DNA from: Pavona decussata
Lineage: Eukaryota
Direction of reading: 5' to 3'
Assembly (NCBI GenBank): GCA_977016875.1
Contig: CDRNST010000010.1
Span: forward strand, 1 to 64,000
DNA length: 64,000 nucleotides
Shown here: piece after piece, positions 62,313 through 64,000 of the stretch
Position numbering within the stretch: position 1 is the stretch's first letter
Layout of the letters: the number at the start of each line of letters is the position of its first letter
Notes under the pieces: model-generated
What the model was told of the DNA's origin: nothing
The model's input: the letters and a program-made list of their open reading frames with translations, nothing else
Database searches by the model: none
Translations under genes and position numbers: made by a program

Positions 62313-62748
62313 TCACAGGTATCCCAAGCTGTATGAGCGTTAAATAAAGACCTTTGTTTTGACCTTTGTAATTTGAGTGTCACGATGATCTGAGTGTTAC
62401 GTAATGGCGTAAATTATAAGGGTTTGTATGGGAATTTACGAACGTGTTTTGGAATCGAAAATAAATGGCATGAATTGAAAAAAAAAATGGCTTACCTTGT
62501 CTCCTCGGTATCTTGCCAGTGTTTTTGTGCCGTATTTTGGCCATTTCAGCGCGATTTAGTGGGTTTTAGGTTTGCTGATTTCCTCTCTATATATAGAGAG
62601 GAAATCAGCAAACCTAAAACCAACAATTCCCATACAAACCCTTATAATTTACCGCATTGCGTAACACTCAGATCATCGTGACACTCAAATTACAAAGGTC
62701 AAAACAAAGGTCTTTATTTAACGCTCATACAGCTTGGGATACCTGTGG
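62313..62748. mobile_element. Intronic MITE with ~120-bp TIRs and TTAA-like flanks (piggyBac-like)
   Basis: cacaggtatcccaagc...gggaatt mirrored by aattccc...gcttgggatacctgtg; sits between two degenerate copies of a short dispersed repeat. Confidence 0.85.
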
Positions 62749-63319
62749 TTAAATATATGTCATTTGATGGTCTTGTGCCTTAGGATTTCATCCACAAACT
62801 CAAAAGATAGAACCACCTTGAATACCATGATAGGGCCTTATGTGCTAGTTGATGCAATGGGGCATAATGAGACGAAGTAATAAAGTGCATAAATAGAACC
62901 AAAGGATGGTAATGGATAGACTCAAAACTTAGAACCACTGTCATTCAACCCCAGTATTGGTCAAAACCAGGATTTGTCAAAACTTAATTGATTCTCATTT
63001 CAATGCAAAACTAACTGTGCCAGTTATGAGAATAAAAAATCATCAATTGCAACTAAATTAAAGGAAATTTCTTTCAATTGTTGGTTTTTGAATTTAAAAG
63101 AAGTAGATGAGTCAAATGTGTTATTGACACCAACCAAGTCCTCCATATTTAGTTGTTATTTCTTTTACAGTTAAGGGTTAAACCTCATCTCATATGCTTG
63201 TAAACCCAAACCATTTCTAGGCCCATAGAAGTCAGAGTAATCAGTTGCACCAGGGCTAGCATTGCTTTGGACTTTTGGTTTATAGCTCAATAAGATGGGC
63301 TCCCAGAAAGAAGGAAATG

Positions 63320-63710
63320 CCAGTGGACGTATTTAAACCAGTCGCTCGGCACTTTAATCTGCCTAACCACTCTTACAAACACATTTCTCTGTACCATGTT
63401 GGCACTCTTAATCCCCATGTAATCAACAATGCTTTTCATTTGACTAATTTATTCTTGTTTTCCAGGCTACCATGCTCCCACCAATAGCATAACTCCATTG
63501 CTGCATGACTATTTAAACACAAACAACCCACAATTTGTTGATTTGCTCTGATGAAGGGCTGGTGCCCAAAACTTCAGCACTTAGACTTCTTTACAGCGGC
63601 CAATTTACCTTTAGTGATCAACTCTGTTGATAAACCAAACATTCGTTTTTACTCCCCACTGGCAGCACCAGCAGTACTACAACAGTTTCTTAAGAAACTA
63701 ATCCCCTTAT
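63320..63710 (+). mobile_element. Penelope-like 3' relic with a degenerate hammerhead (63545-63578)
   Basis: KPVARHFNLPNHS...GTLNPHVIN GIY-YIG tail; gct-CTGATGA-agggc[tggt]gccc-AAAAC-ttc-agc, in which GAAA is mutated. Confidence 0.75.
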
Positions 63711-64000
63711 CCAAGAAATTATGTTGGTCCTGCATTTTTTACTTTGGCTGCTTTCAAACTTATAACTTGAAATCACAAGATGAGTGGAAATGCTTTTCAG
63801 CAAGAGAGAGAATTTAGTTAACTTCTAATCCCAGTTAAAATAGCAACAACTCGCTTTCAAACAACTGGGCCCAGGTCAGAAGTGACAGGTGGGGAGGTGC
63901 ACTGATATACTGACACTTACTGGCAGAATCTCTGAATGTTTAGTGACTGACAGCATGTTGTCATTCTTGAAACAAATTCATTCTTGGATACATTCAACAG

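Noticed and set aside
63545-63578. Active hammerhead ribozyme
   Set aside because: The conserved GAAA is mutated to AAAA, so it is probably inactive
1-64000. CRISPR arrays, operons or prokaryotic defence systems
   Set aside because: The sequence is eukaryotic (spliceosomal introns, LINEs, LTR elements) and shows no repeat-spacer periodicity

Overview
AT-rich eukaryotic DNA. The repeat content (Penelope and CR1/L2 tails, small TIR MITEs) points to a cnidarian, probably a stony coral; this is an inference. 1-5.8 kb holds two Penelope-like retroelement 3' ends carrying minimal hammerhead ribozymes, one folded into a ~460-bp inverted repeat, plus a dead CR1/L2-type LINE. About 5.8-53 kb is a dense mosaic of decayed, envelope-bearing Ty3/Gypsy LTR retrotransposons from several diverged families. 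Every gag, pol, env or accessory fragment and every PPT/LTR junction I could recognise there lies on the + strand, as in a flamenco-type uni-strand piRNA cluster. Pieced together, the fragments outline an unusually complex errantivirus-like genome: gag, -1 frameshift, pol ending in a chromodomain, a spliced SGNH esterase, a class I fusion Env, then a variable accessory slot before the PPT. The slot holds a DnaQ/Maelstrom-like nuclease-fold ORF, a spliced RING ORF, or a CCHC zinc-knuckle ORF. A ~5-kb unit carrying the nuclease-like ORF was recently amplified in tandem (5.8-20.3 kb). The right end has piggyBac and LINE relics, a (CCTT)n tract with an assembly gap, candidate minus-strand exons, and the first coding exon of the host gene POFUT1. 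All homology calls come from motif recognition by eye; no searches were run.
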